From Pyrodictium occultum (GTDB taxonomy: Archaea > Thermoproteota > Thermoprotei_A > Sulfolobales > Pyrodictiaceae), in contig NZ_LNTB01000001.1 of the NCBI RefSeq assembly GCF_001462395.1, positions 390,001-422,000 of the forward strand: a DNA stretch of 32,000 bases, written 5' to 3'. Positions 13,196-21,333 of this stretch are shown one piece after another. Both the position numbers and the translations under genes were made by a program. The first letter of the stretch is position 1. Every line of letters begins with the position of its first letter. Below the pieces are notes generated by a model that had not been told where the DNA came from, searched no databases, and was given only the letters and a program-made list of their open reading frames with translations.

Positions 13196-13336
13196 TACAA
13201 GCCATCTATCCTCAGCACTGGGAAATGTCTGCTGAGCCAGAACACATCACCCCCACCACACGGCATGAGAGCGGGCAGGGATGGAGACGCGCAGAGGGTG
13301 AAGTGAAGGCCTAAGCATGACAATGCACCGGAAGGC

Positions 13337-13585
13337 CTAGTAGCCTACAACATAGCGGTACACAACCACCTCTCCCGAGGTAGGGCTCTTCCTGTAAATC
13401 CTCACAATGTCACCGGGCTTAGCCCCTATAGCCCTGGCTACAGGGTCTGTGACACGAAGCCAAGGCAGCTGCTCCGGCCTCACACCCAGCTCACGCAGTA
13501 TACGCGCCGCCTCCTCCGGGGGCACAATCTCATGCCGAGGTACCAGGTCATGCTCTAATATGTTAAACTTCTTCTGCCGTGCCAC
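13337..13585 (-). CDS. rpoH: DNA-directed RNA polymerase subunit H (Rpo5)
   Basis: 82 aa. [15 protein letters not shown]...[32 protein letters not shown] is the Rpb5 C-terminal-domain pattern. Lies upstream of rpoB. Confidence 0.93.
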   Translation of the reverse strand: MARQKKFNILEHDLVPRHEIVPPEEAARILRELGVRPEQLPWLRVTDPVARAIGAKPGDIVRIYRKSPTSGEVVVYRYVVGY

Positions 13586-13648
13586 GAGCTACACCCCTCG
13601 AGGGGCTTGAGGCGGGCGAGGGGTCGATGGAGCCCCAACACCCGGCGG

Positions 13649-13846
13649 CTAGCGGAGACGGGTTCTGTTAACCTTCTTGTTCATCCAGGAGTAGCGGCGG
13701 AGCCTTCTGCTCCTACCGTAGCCGCAGGCGGCGCAGTAGCCCTTGGCGACGTTGTAGGAGTGGCGGCCGCAGCGGGGGCAGCGTATGTGGGTGTAATTCT
13801 TACTCATCTTGCCGAACGAGGGGGTGCCTTTACTCACTGCCATCAC
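13649..13846 (-). CDS. rpl37e: 50S ribosomal protein L37e
   Basis: 65 aa. SKGTPSFGK...[31 protein letters not shown] is a C4 zinc ribbon. The start may be the second Met (13843). Confidence 0.92.
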   Translation of the reverse strand: MMAVSKGTPSFGKMSKNYTHIRCPRCGRHSYNVAKGYCAACGYGRSRRLRRYSWMNKKVNRTRLR

Positions 13847-13873
13847 CCTTTTTAGCTGCAGGCTTCTAGGGCA

Positions 13874-14101
13874 CTAGAACTGCGCCGGCGATATGAGCAG
13901 CACAGTGTCGCCGCGTATAACTATAGTGCCGAGCTTCCTAGTCCTACCATCCTCGTATATTTCCTCAGCATCCTCAAGCACTAGATTCAGGTGCTGGTCA
14001 TAGCTCTTCAGCTTGCCCCTGACCTCGTTGGTGCCCTTAAGCTTCACTAGAACTATGCTACCTATGCTGTCGCCGAGCACGCGGTGCGTCGTCTCAGCCA
14101 T
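13874..14101 (-). CDS. Sm-like archaeal protein (SmAP/LSm)
   Basis: Trimmed to the ATG at 14101 ([47 protein letters not shown]...[13 protein letters not shown]), which shows Sm1 and Sm2 motifs. The Sm-rpl37e pairing is conserved in archaea. The upstream 37 codons of the tracked ORF look like non-coding read-through. Confidence 0.88.
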   Translation of the reverse strand: MAETTHRVLGDSIGSIVLVKLKGTNEVRGKLKSYDQHLNLVLEDAEEIYEDGRTRKLGTIVIRGDTVLLISPAQF

Positions 14102-14189
14102 AGTCCTGCCCACCCCGGAGCCCGAAGCAGGTCCAGGGGGCTTTATAGGGAATTCCCCTACATTCCACGCCACGCCGGTGGAGGATATC

Positions 14190-14675
14190 ATGCGCAGATG
14201 GCAGCTCTCCAAGAAGGATAAGCGGCTGCTGCTGCAACGCCTCCGGGAGCTTTACCCTCGCTTCGACGTGTCCAGGTTCAGCAGTATAGAGATAGCGGTA
14301 GAAGACGGTATTAAGCTCTTCGTATTCGACGGGGTGCCCGCCTTCATAGAGGCCAGCAGGGTCCTGATTCCACACCTGCGGCTTCTCCTGCGCCATGGCT
14401 ACCGGGACTGGCTACCCTACATAGTGGTCGATCAGGGCGCCGTTAAGCCTATCTCACGCGGCGCCGACTTGATGAGGCCCGGGATAGAGAGCATAGCCTC
14501 GGAGTTCGATAAGGACGCTATAGTGGTAATAGTGGAGCCTTCGAGGCTCCTGCCCCTTGCAGTGCACAGGGCGCTCTACAACAGCAGCGAAATAAAGGAG
14601 ATGGAGAAGGGGCGCGTTACAGAGAGCCTCCACCATCTAGGGGACAGGTACTGGAAGCTGGCTGAAAACCTCTAG
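14190..14675 (+). CDS. PUA-domain RNA-binding protein (pre-PUA + PUA, MCT-1/Tma20-like)
   Basis: Trimmed to the ATG at 14190 ([20 protein letters not shown]...). C-terminal ...[21 protein letters not shown]...AIVVIVE...[10 protein letters not shown] matches the PUA pattern. The part of the tracked ORF upstream of 14190 overlaps the Sm gene on the other strand. Confidence 0.75.
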   Translation: MRRWQLSKKDKRLLLQRLRELYPRFDVSRFSSIEIAVEDGIKLFVFDGVPAFIEASRVLIPHLRLLLRHGYRDWLPYIVVDQGAVKPISRGADLMRPGIESIASEFDKDAIVVIVEPSRLLPLAVHRALYNSSEIKEMEKGRVTESLHHLGDRYWKLAENL

Positions 14676-16645
14676 ACCTGGCCCGCCACGTATAGGGAGT
14701 CGAGCACTGAGGGCGTGTAGATCCTCACGTCTGGCGGCAAGCCTAGCTTCCGGCTCCTCCTTCTTATAGTCTCTGCCAGAGAGCGTATAGCATTGGGCTC
14801 GCCATGGTTGAGTATGATGTTGCGGGGCTTCGGCCTCATATGCTCTAGGAAGTTGAGGAGCTGCTTCCTGTCAGAGTGGCCCGAGAAGCCCTCGATGGGC
14901 ACCACCTCCATGTTGATCCTCACCAGCTCGAGCTTGCCATCCTCGCCAACCATCGCTATATTCCTCTCGCCATCAAGTATCCTTCTGCCGAGGGTGCCTT
15001 TAGCCTGGTAGCTGACGAACACCAGCGCATTCCTCGGGTCACCCGCCAGCATGCGGAGATACTCCACCGAGGGACCTCCCTCAAGCATGCCCGACGGCGC
15101 TAGTATTACCGCGGGCTCGTTAGACTTAGCTATCTCCTCGCGCATCCGTTTATTCTCAATCTTTATTATATTATCATGATAAAATGGGTTCTCGTCACGG
15201 AGTATCCCAGCCCTCACACTGGGGGACAGCAGCTCTGGGTAGGTGAGATGTATCGCCGTAACCTCCCTAATGCTACCGTCAATATACACCTTGGTCTCCT
15301 TGGGCAGGCGGCTCTTCCTAAGCGCATCAGCCAGCACAAGTAGTATCTCCTGCGCACGGCCTACAGCCAGCACTGGTATGAGCACCTTCCCGCCGCGGGA
15401 CACTGTCCGGCTTATGACCTCCAATAGCTCTGTCTCAGCCTTCTCCCTGGGAGGCTGGCCACGATCCCCATAAGTGCTCTCCATTATCAATGTCTCGACC
15501 CTCGGGAACACTGTGTTGGCCTTGTCCAGGAGCCTCGTCCTAGCATACTTCATGTCTCCGGTGTAGACTATGTTATGGAGCCCCTCACCTATGTGCAAAT
15601 GGGCCATAGCCGAGCCGAGGATATGCCCTGCATTGTAGAAGGTGAGCTTAACATCGGGCGCTATGTCCGTGACCTCCCCGTACTCGAGCGGAATCGTGTG
15701 GAGAATCATCTTCTTGACCTCGTGCTGGGAATAAGGCGGCCGCTGCCCGTTTCTCTGCATTATATCCAGCAGGTCCAGCTGGAGAATCACCATGAGGTCT
15801 CTGGTGGGCTTGGTAGCGTAGACGGGGCCGCGGTACCCGTACTTGAAGAGGTAGGGGACCAGGCCTACATGGTCTAGATGGGCATGAGTCACGACTATGG
15901 CGTCGAGCTCCTCTGGCTTAAGCTGGTCCACGTCTATACGCGGGTACAGGTCATAGCCGCTGCCGCCAGGGTTTATACCCAGGTCGAGGAGGATGCGGCT
16001 CTCGCTAGTCTCGACAAGTATAGCGGAGCGGCCTACCTCCATGAAGCCGCCGAGGGCTGTTATCCTTACATACCTGTTCTCGAACACCACTCCTCGATGT
16101 ATGCGTTCTCCGCTGCTCCGTAGGAAGCTTAGCCTATAACTGCTCTGCGAAAGCATGTAGTCTACAATCCTGTTTATTGTCTTCATGTCCCGCTCATCGA
16201 CTGGAGGCACTCTTATGACATTCATTCTCCAGCCCGTCTCCGCCAGCACCTTGTTGTATATCGAGCGGCCCTTACCGTAGACCAGGCCAACCTTCCGAGC
16301 CTTGATTATAACCTCTCCAAGAACTTCATCAAACTTTATTTCCTGTATACCTGCCTCCTCCGGGACGAGCTGCTTAATCACCTCCTCAGTTTCTCTCTTA
16401 CTCCTCCTTATTGAGGGATCTGTGCGCAGCACTATCCTCTTCTTCAGCTTCTTAGCTATACCCTTAGCTATATCGGGATGCTCAGCAAGCACCTTGGGGT
16501 TCTTTACATATATCGCTATCTCTGGCCCTTCGAACTCTATACGGGATATTTGGATATCCCTAGGCGCTAGCTGGGACATTATGGTTAACACTATGTTCTT
16601 TACCTCACTCCTCCTGTACAAGACCAGATGCACCCCATTAAGCAT
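14672..16645 (-). CDS. aCPSF1 / FttA-type KH + metallo-beta-lactamase + beta-CASP ribonuclease
   Basis: N-terminal KH region (ISRIEFEGPEIAIYVKNP), HxHxDH motif (VVTHAHLDHVG), beta-CASP and C-terminal GFSGHSD. Start set at the ATG at 16645. The tracked ORF begins at a GTG (16708), and another ATG at 16579 is also possible. Confidence 0.9.
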   Translation of the reverse strand: MLNGVHLVLYRRSEVKNIVLTIMSQLAPRDIQISRIEFEGPEIAIYVKNPKVLAEHPDIAKGIAKKLKKRIVLRTDPSIRRSKRETEEVIKQLVPEEAGIQEIKFDEVLGEVIIKARKVGLVYGKGRSIYNKVLAETGWRMNVIRVPPVDERDMKTINRIVDYMLSQSSYRLSFLRSSGERIHRGVVFENRYVRITALGGFMEVGRSAILVETSESRILLDLGINPGGSGYDLYPRIDVDQLKPEELDAIVVTHAHLDHVGLVPYLFKYGYRGPVYATKPTRDLMVILQLDLLDIMQRNGQRPPYSQHEVKKMILHTIPLEYGEVTDIAPDVKLTFYNAGHILGSAMAHLHIGEGLHNIVYTGDMKYARTRLLDKANTVFPRVETLIMESTYGDRGQPPREKAETELLEVISRTVSRGGKVLIPVLAVGRAQEILLVLADALRKSRLPKETKVYIDGSIREVTAIHLTYPELLSPSVRAGILRDENPFYHDNIIKIENKRMREEIAKSNEPAVILAPSGMLEGGPSVEYLRMLAGDPRNALVFVSYQAKGTLGRRILDGERNIAMVGEDGKLELVRINMEVVPIEGFSGHSDRKQLLNFLEHMRPKPRNIILNHGEPNAIRSLAETIRRRSRKLGLPPDVRIYTPSVLDSLYVAGQV

Positions 16646-16966
16646 TAGGGAGGCCTGCACCAAAGCGCCTAGAGGCTTGCCGCAAATGCGTGCCGCAGAG
16701 AGCGACACCTCTCATGAAGGCTCCACACCGGGCACCGGCCAACGTGGCGACTAAGGCACGAGCCTAGGTAAACCCGGAGGGAAGACGGAGGGCGCTCTCC
16801 GCCCAAGACGACTACGAGGCGGCTTGACTGCGTAAAGCACGGCGCCATATGGTAAGCGAAAAGTGTCATTGACATGGTCCTTACAATATGGGCCGCACGG
16901 TAGAGGTGTCGCGGACCCCTCCTTTATAATCTTTTTGTGCATGCTGCTGCTTCGGCGCTAGAGCAT

Positions 16967-17632
16967 TTATGCTCTCTCCAGTTTCAATGCCTCCTCAATA
17001 GTGTAGTGGTACTCCTGATAGAATCCTTTACCTATAGCCACGATGTCTATACCATTGCCGCTGAAGGCGTCCCTGCGGGTGGCCGACAGCACGGCGCGGC
17101 GCGCCAGGCTCACAGCGTCTTCAAGGCTCATATCCTCTCTATAACCGTCCTCTATAACACCTATCGCCGTGGGCGAGCCTGAGCCCGTGGCTACGTATCT
17201 CTCCTCTGTCATGCTGCCAAACCAGTCTATGTTATAGAGCCTGGGCCTGTCGTCGTAGCCCCCTAGGAGGAGCTGCACTATGTAGGGGTAGAGGCGGGAC
17301 GAGTGGAGTATAGCTGCGAGGTACTGGGCTGCGGCGCTCACGCTCATCCTCTTGCCTGTGACCATTGAGTAGTAGTGGAGGTGGCTTGAGAGCCACTCTG
17401 CGAGCATCTGGGCATCGGCGACGAGCCCTGCGGTGGTCACGGCCATGTAGTCGGCTATCCTAATGATCTTGCGGGTCCGCTTATGAGCCACATAGTAGCC
17501 TGCTGTGGCTCTACGGTCAGCTGCTAGTACCACATAATCCCTTACTCGTAGCCCTACAGTGGTTGTGCCGTGCAGGCCCTTCTCCAGAGCCGCGGCTAGC
17601 CTCTCCTCGCCGGGTAGGCGGCGCTGCAGCAA
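16967..17632 (-). CDS. psmB: Proteasome beta subunit (copy 1)
   Basis: 221 aa. Propeptide then G|TTTVGLRVRDYVVLAADRRAT. There is no ATG upstream of the active-site Thr, so the start is the TTG at 17632. Confidence 0.9.
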   Translation of the reverse strand: MLQRRLPGEERLAAALEKGLHGTTTVGLRVRDYVVLAADRRATAGYYVAHKRTRKIIRIADYMAVTTAGLVADAQMLAEWLSSHLHYYSMVTGKRMSVSAAAQYLAAILHSSRLYPYIVQLLLGGYDDRPRLYNIDWFGSMTEERYVATGSGSPTAIGVIEDGYREDMSLEDAVSLARRAVLSATRRDAFSGNGIDIVAIGKGFYQEYHYTIEEALKLERA

Positions 17633-17673
17633 AACTCCTCTACCATGCTAACAAGCGTGGGTGAAGACCGGGA

Positions 17674-17686
17674 GTTTAATACTATA
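17674..17686. promoter_or_regulatory. AT-rich TATA-like patch in the divergent psmB / egsA spacer (possible bidirectional promoter)
   Basis: TTTAATACTATAT is the only AT-rich stretch in the 100-nt spacer. It lies about 45 nt from each start codon (17632 minus strand, 17733 plus strand). Confidence 0.3.
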
Positions 17687-17732
17687 TCCGCGGATTGGCG
17701 GCTATAGCTTGCAGGCGGGGCCTGGAGGCGGG

Positions 17733-18782
17733 ATGCTGCACTCCATAGAGCTGCCCTCGAGAATAATCATAGGGAGCAACGCGCTGAGGTCTCTGCGCGA
17801 GCTGGTAGAGGCGTTTGGCGCTAGGGGCGCCGCGGCCGTCGTCATCACGGGGCCGAACGTGTGGAGAAAGTATGGCGAGAGGCTCCGCTCGGTCCTCGAG
17901 GACGTTGTGGAGCTCGAGGCCCTGGAGGCTCGAGAACCTAGTGTAGACTACGCTGAGCGGCTGAGTAGCGAGGCTGCAGAGCGCTCGCCTAGGCTGGTCA
18001 TAGGGTTTGGCGGGGGTAAGTCGGTGGACCTGGCTAAGTATGTTGCCCACAAGTTAGGGGTGCCGCTCATCAGTGTGCCTACGAGCCCGTCCCATGACGG
18101 GATTGCTTCACCATTCGCCTCGCTCCGGGGCCTCAATAAGCCCTTCTCGGTTCGAAGCGCGACGCCAGCAGCTATAGTCGCGGATATAGATATAATCGCG
18201 TCGGCCCCGCTACGGCTTATCAGGGCTGGCGCGGGAGACCTGGTGGCCAAGCTTACCGCGATAAGGGACTGGAGGCTCGCGCACCGGCTGAAGGGCGAGT
18301 ACTACGGCGAGTACGCGGCTAAGCTGGCCCTTCTCTCGGCTAAGCATGTGATGGAGTACGCTGCTGAGATAGGTAGAGGGTCTAAGGAGGCTGTCCGTGT
18401 TCTGGTGGAGGGGCTTGTGAGTAGTGGTGTAGCTATGTGTATAGCCGGCTCTACGAGGCCTGCCAGTGGCTCCGAGCACCTCTTTAGCCATGCACTCGAC
18501 CTGCTAGCGCCAGGCAGGGCGCTACACGGGGAACAGGTGGCGCTTGGAACAATAATGATGATGTATCTCCATGGCGGCGACTGGAGGCAGGTAAGGAAAA
18601 CCCTTATGAAACTCGGGCTCCCCGTGAGGGCCCGCGATCTCGGCATAGACGATGAGACTGTGATAAAGGCTCTAACCATGGCCCACAAGCTTAGGCCAGA
18701 GAGGTACACAATACTCGGGGAGACTGGGCTAACCTGGGAGGCCGCCGAGAGGCTAGCGAGAGTAACGGGTGTGATAGACTAG
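17733..18782 (+). CDS. egsA: sn-Glycerol-1-phosphate dehydrogenase
   Basis: Trimmed to the ATG at 17733 (MLHSIELPSRIIIG...). Contains GFGGGKSVDLAKY, SHDGIASPFAS, and ...SGSEHLFSHALD...HGEQVALG (Fe-ADH-superfamily G1PDH pattern). Confidence 0.88.
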   Translation: MLHSIELPSRIIIGSNALRSLRELVEAFGARGAAAVVITGPNVWRKYGERLRSVLEDVVELEALEAREPSVDYAERLSSEAAERSPRLVIGFGGGKSVDLAKYVAHKLGVPLISVPTSPSHDGIASPFASLRGLNKPFSVRSATPAAIVADIDIIASAPLRLIRAGAGDLVAKLTAIRDWRLAHRLKGEYYGEYAAKLALLSAKHVMEYAAEIGRGSKEAVRVLVEGLVSSGVAMCIAGSTRPASGSEHLFSHALDLLAPGRALHGEQVALGTIMMMYLHGGDWRQVRKTLMKLGLPVRARDLGIDDETVIKALTMAHKLRPERYTILGETGLTWEAAERLARVTGVID

Positions 18783-19534
18783 CCGCCGGTGAAGTCCTCG
18801 ATCCTCCTTAGGCCCTTCTTGAGCTGTCTAGGCGACACGGCGCCTTCGTCAAGCATTCTAGCCAGGCGTTTCGATATCTTATCCGCATAGTGGGTTGGGA
18901 GCGGGAGTTTTGTGCCGCGGAGGAGGCTGAGAACCACCTGGAGCGCCGAGCCAAGATCTATATAGGCGCCTGGGCTCACGTATATCGGGTTCCTCGTCCT
19001 CCTACTCGGAAGCACCACATAGGCCATACGCCGGCTCTCATCATCAACGAGGTAGCCTAGAACACAGGGGTGGCTGCTGCAGCTGCTAGGATCCTGCACG
19101 CGGATCTCGGAGCCGTGGAGCCTTTTCTTAGCGACACCCACTGTGGGCTTACCTATCGCCAGCCCTACATGTGTCGCTATGCCCGCCCTCCGGGGGTGAG
19201 AGATCCCGTGGCCATCTACGATTGCTAGGTCAAAGTCCTCTCTAAGGTGCTGGACGGCCGTGTAGAAGAGGGGGGCTTCACGGAAAGCGAGGAGGCCGGG
19301 GATGTATTCGAGCGCCGGCTCGCCCAGGGCCACGGAGTAGTCTAGCAGCCGTCCACTGGCCGTGTCGACGAGCGCTGCTACAGCAAGCCCGCCGTACCTC
19401 CTCGAATAAGCCGCGTCTAGCCCCACTGCTCTCCGTGGAGGCCTTGGTAGCGGTTGGAGGGTCTTCCAGACCCTGCTCGCTATCCTATACTGTATCTCCA
19501 TGAGCCTTTCTATGCTCGGGTACGGGTTTCTCAT
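18779..19534 (-). CDS. nfi: Endonuclease V
   Basis: 251 aa. ...VGLDAAY...AVAALV...GLLAFREAPLFYTAV...DLAIVDGHGISHPRRAGIATHVGLAIGKPTVGVAKKRL... is the EndoV core. An alternative start lies at Met12. Confidence 0.88.
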   Translation of the reverse strand: MRNPYPSIERLMEIQYRIASRVWKTLQPLPRPPRRAVGLDAAYSRRYGGLAVAALVDTASGRLLDYSVALGEPALEYIPGLLAFREAPLFYTAVQHLREDFDLAIVDGHGISHPRRAGIATHVGLAIGKPTVGVAKKRLHGSEIRVQDPSSCSSHPCVLGYLVDDESRRMAYVVLPSRRTRNPIYVSPGAYIDLGSALQVVLSLLRGTKLPLPTHYADKISKRLARMLDEGAVSPRQLKKGLRRIEDFTGG

Positions 19535-19559
19535 GGATAGCCCCTACGGTGGGCCGGAG

Positions 19560-20204
19560 CTAGAGCCTTATGGACTCATCCTTGGACTCCACGCCTTTAT
19601 CGGTCCGCTTTATCACGAGCAGGTCAATGCCATCGCCCGATATGGCGTCGCGCGCTATGGCGGCCTTTATAGCGTCTATGGCTAGCTGCCTGGCCGCGTC
19701 AGCGTCGAGGTCGCTGCGGTAATCCTTCTCGAGCACGCCTATAGCTACCGGGGCGCCCGAGCCTATAGCCGCATAGTCGTCCTCTATCAGCGAGCCCAGC
19801 GGGTCCATCACGTAGAGCCGGGGGGTGCCGTCCGGCTCTATGCCGCCTATCAGCGTCTCGGAGAGGAATGGGAAGTACTTGTTCGAGTATAGTATGTTTG
19901 CTAGGAGCTTGGCAGCCGCTCTAACGCTCATGCGTCTACCCACTACCAGGCTATGGTACTCAATCTCCGCTCTCAGCATCTTACTTATTGCCTGCATATC
20001 GGCGAACAGCCCCGCCAGGGCTATGCCTATATAATCGGTTATCTTGTAGACTTTCTTGCCCGACTTGCTTACTATGAAGCCTCCATAGCTTATACGCTTC
20101 TCCGCAGCGAGAACCACGTAGTCCTTGCCCCGTATGCCGACAGCAGTTGCGCCAGCGTAGTCCTGGTAACTCATGCTTCCCAGCACCCAGTGGACGGGAG
20201 CCAC
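19560..20204 (-). CDS. psmB: Proteasome beta subunit (copy 2)
   Basis: 214 aa. ...YAGA|TAVGIRGKDYVVLAAEKR... A TTTAAG-like box at about 20213-20220 suggests the real start may be the internal ATG at 20174 (MSYQDYAGA propeptide). Confidence 0.88.
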   Translation of the reverse strand: MAPVHWVLGSMSYQDYAGATAVGIRGKDYVVLAAEKRISYGGFIVSKSGKKVYKITDYIGIALAGLFADMQAISKMLRAEIEYHSLVVGRRMSVRAAAKLLANILYSNKYFPFLSETLIGGIEPDGTPRLYVMDPLGSLIEDDYAAIGSGAPVAIGVLEKDYRSDLDADAARQLAIDAIKAAIARDAISGDGIDLLVIKRTDKGVESKDESIRL

Positions 20205-20310
20205 TACATGAGCTTAAATCGTATTCGCCGTCGCCGTGGCCCCCCTACAGCACTAGAATACTTTCGGTTTACCCGGTGCCATACGTGTACCAGAATCCTG
20301 CAACCATCTT

Positions 20311-20919
20311 ATGGAGCCACCATCCGAAGGCCAAGCCGGGGTGCAGCCCTCATTGAGTAGCCGCGAGTACCAGAACTACTACACGGCAAGCACTACCAGG
20401 AGGTGCCCCCACTGCGGCTCCGAACAACTAGTCCTCGACCCCCAGCAGGGTATACTCGTCTGCCGCAGCTGCGGCGCCGTGATAGACGATACCGTATTCG
20501 ACGCAACACCTCACAACGCAGCCCCTATCCAAGGGGGCGAGCCTGCTAGGCTAACGCAGACGGAGAGAAGCAGAGTTAGGCTAACAGTTCTACAAGTCTC
20601 CATTACACGCCGCTTATCAAGGATGCTCGACACGATAGATATCGGTGACCTACTAGACTACGCTAATACAAATACGGTTGAAATAATCGAGTTGTACAAG
20701 ACCCCCTGCATCAAGAAGCTCTTGAAGTCCCTCCATAAGCCGGAGGAGAGGAAAGCCGCGCTGGAGGCAGCAGTGGCTCTGAGAAAGGGTGACTACCCCC
20801 TAGCCTCGATGCTCGCAAGCCAGTACAGGGTAGGCAGGAGGAAGATGAAGCTTATCATACGCAGAGTCATGGAGTGCCTAGGCATAGCGAGAGCCATGGA
20901 GGCTCTGGCTACAGCCTAG
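20311..20919 (+). CDS. Short TFIIB/TFB-like protein: TFIIB-type zinc ribbon plus a single helical C-terminal domain
   Basis: 202 aa. CPHCGSEQLVLDPQQGILVCRSCGAVIDD is a C-x2-C-x15-C-x2-C ribbon followed by the usual ..D.vfD. I see no recognisable B-reader/linker or double cyclin fold. The C-terminus (LASQYRVGRRKMKLIIRRVMECLGI) resembles one cyclin-repeat HTH. Confidence 0.6.
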   Translation: MEPPSEGQAGVQPSLSSREYQNYYTASTTRRCPHCGSEQLVLDPQQGILVCRSCGAVIDDTVFDATPHNAAPIQGGEPARLTQTERSRVRLTVLQVSITRRLSRMLDTIDIGDLLDYANTNTVEIIELYKTPCIKKLLKSLHKPEERKAALEAAVALRKGDYPLASMLASQYRVGRRKMKLIIRRVMECLGIARAMEALATA

Positions 20920-20929
20920 GCCGGAGAGG

Positions 20930-21046
20930 TGGTGGGGCCGCCGGGATTTGAACCCGGGACCACGGGGGATCCTGCCGTCCAGGGCCCTGCGCCTAGCCCT
21001 GGAGCGGTCCCAAGCCCCGCATCCTGCCAAGCTAGACGACGGCCCC
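20930..21046 (-). tRNA. tRNA-Pro (anticodon UGG) with an intron of about 40 nt in or next to the anticodon loop, encoded CCA
   Basis: Reverse complement: GGGGCCG-TC-GTCT-AGCTTGGCA-GGAT-G-CGGGG-CTTGGG[ACCGCTCCAGGGCTAGGCGCAGGGCCCTGGACGGCAGGAT]C-CCCCG-TGGTC-CCGGG-TTCAAAT-CCCGG-CGGCCCC-A-CCA. The exact splice junctions (37/38 versus 38/39) are not resolved by eye. Confidence 0.85.
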
Positions 21047-21102
21047 GTCCGGCTGCCCCGGAGGCTGGGGCTCCAGGATCCAGGGGGTTAACTGCTCTCA
21101 TG

Positions 21103-21122
21103 CCCCTATAGACCCCTATAGA
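21103..21122. repeat. Perfect tandem duplication 2 x CCCCTATAGA in the tRNA-Gln / tRNA-Pro spacer
   Basis: CCCCTATAGACCCCTATAGA is read directly from the sequence. Each unit contains the palindrome CTATAG. On the minus strand it lies 57-76 nt upstream of the tRNA-Pro 5' end, so it may be a duplicated TATA element. Confidence 0.6.
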
Positions 21123-21153
21123 GCGGGGAGGATGAGGCGGGAGGGCGGGTTAA

Positions 21154-21229
21154 TGGTAGCCGGGCGGGGATTCGAACCCCGGTCACGGGGGCCAGAGCCC
21201 CGCATCCTTGACCGCTAGACGACCCGGCT
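21154..21229 (-). tRNA. tRNA-Gln (anticodon CUG), A1:U72, encoded CCA
   Basis: Reverse complement: AGCCGGG-TC-GTCT-AGCGGTCAA-GGAT-G-CGGGG-CTCTGGC-CCCCG-TGAC-CGGGG-TTCGAAT-CCCCG-CCCGGCT-A-CCA (76 nt). Confidence 0.9.
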
Positions 21230-21295
21230 ACCCACCCTCGCAGCCATGTCAACCCCCAATGGCTCGCGGTTTTTAGCGTTACCGGGTATCACACG

Positions 21296-21303
21296 GGTAT
21301 AAG
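21296..21303 (+). promoter_or_regulatory. Candidate TATA box (GGTATAAG) upstream of the tRNA-like element and ORF 21399
   Basis: TATAAG at 21298-21303 is about 30 nt upstream of the first G of the tRNA-like element (21334), which is the expected archaeal TATA-to-TSS spacing. Confidence 0.35.
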
Positions 21304-21333
21304 CATTGACGAGATGCTGTGCCTTCACCCCTC

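Noticed and set aside
13196-13336. Possible C/D-box sRNA on the minus strand of the rpoH-rpoB spacer (GTGATGT ... CTGA).
   Set aside because: The C-like box is imperfect. There is no internal D'/C' pair, only about 28 nt separate the boxes, and there is no terminal stem. This does not fit archaeal C/D sRNA architecture.
14013-14212. N-terminal extensions of the tracked ORFs 14013..14675 (plus strand) and 13874..14212 (minus strand), which would make the PUA and Sm genes overlap each other by 200 nt.
   Set aside because: Both families begin at the internal ATGs (14190 and 14101). The extensions have no family signal and would remove the divergent promoter region.
16751-16942. 63-aa ORF (MHKKIIKEGSATPLPCGPYCKDH...) in the psmB-aCPSF1 spacer, considered as a real small protein.
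   Set aside because: No recognisable family. Its start coincides with the AT-rich promoter-like box and its C-terminal half is Pro/Arg/Gly-rich. It is kept only as a note under the long-spacer finding.
21103-21122. The tandem CCCCTATAGA x2, considered as a possible CRISPR or mini-satellite seed.
   Set aside because: There are only two 10-bp units, with no spacers and no further copies seen in the window. It is more simply a duplicated TATA-containing promoter element or a slippage product.
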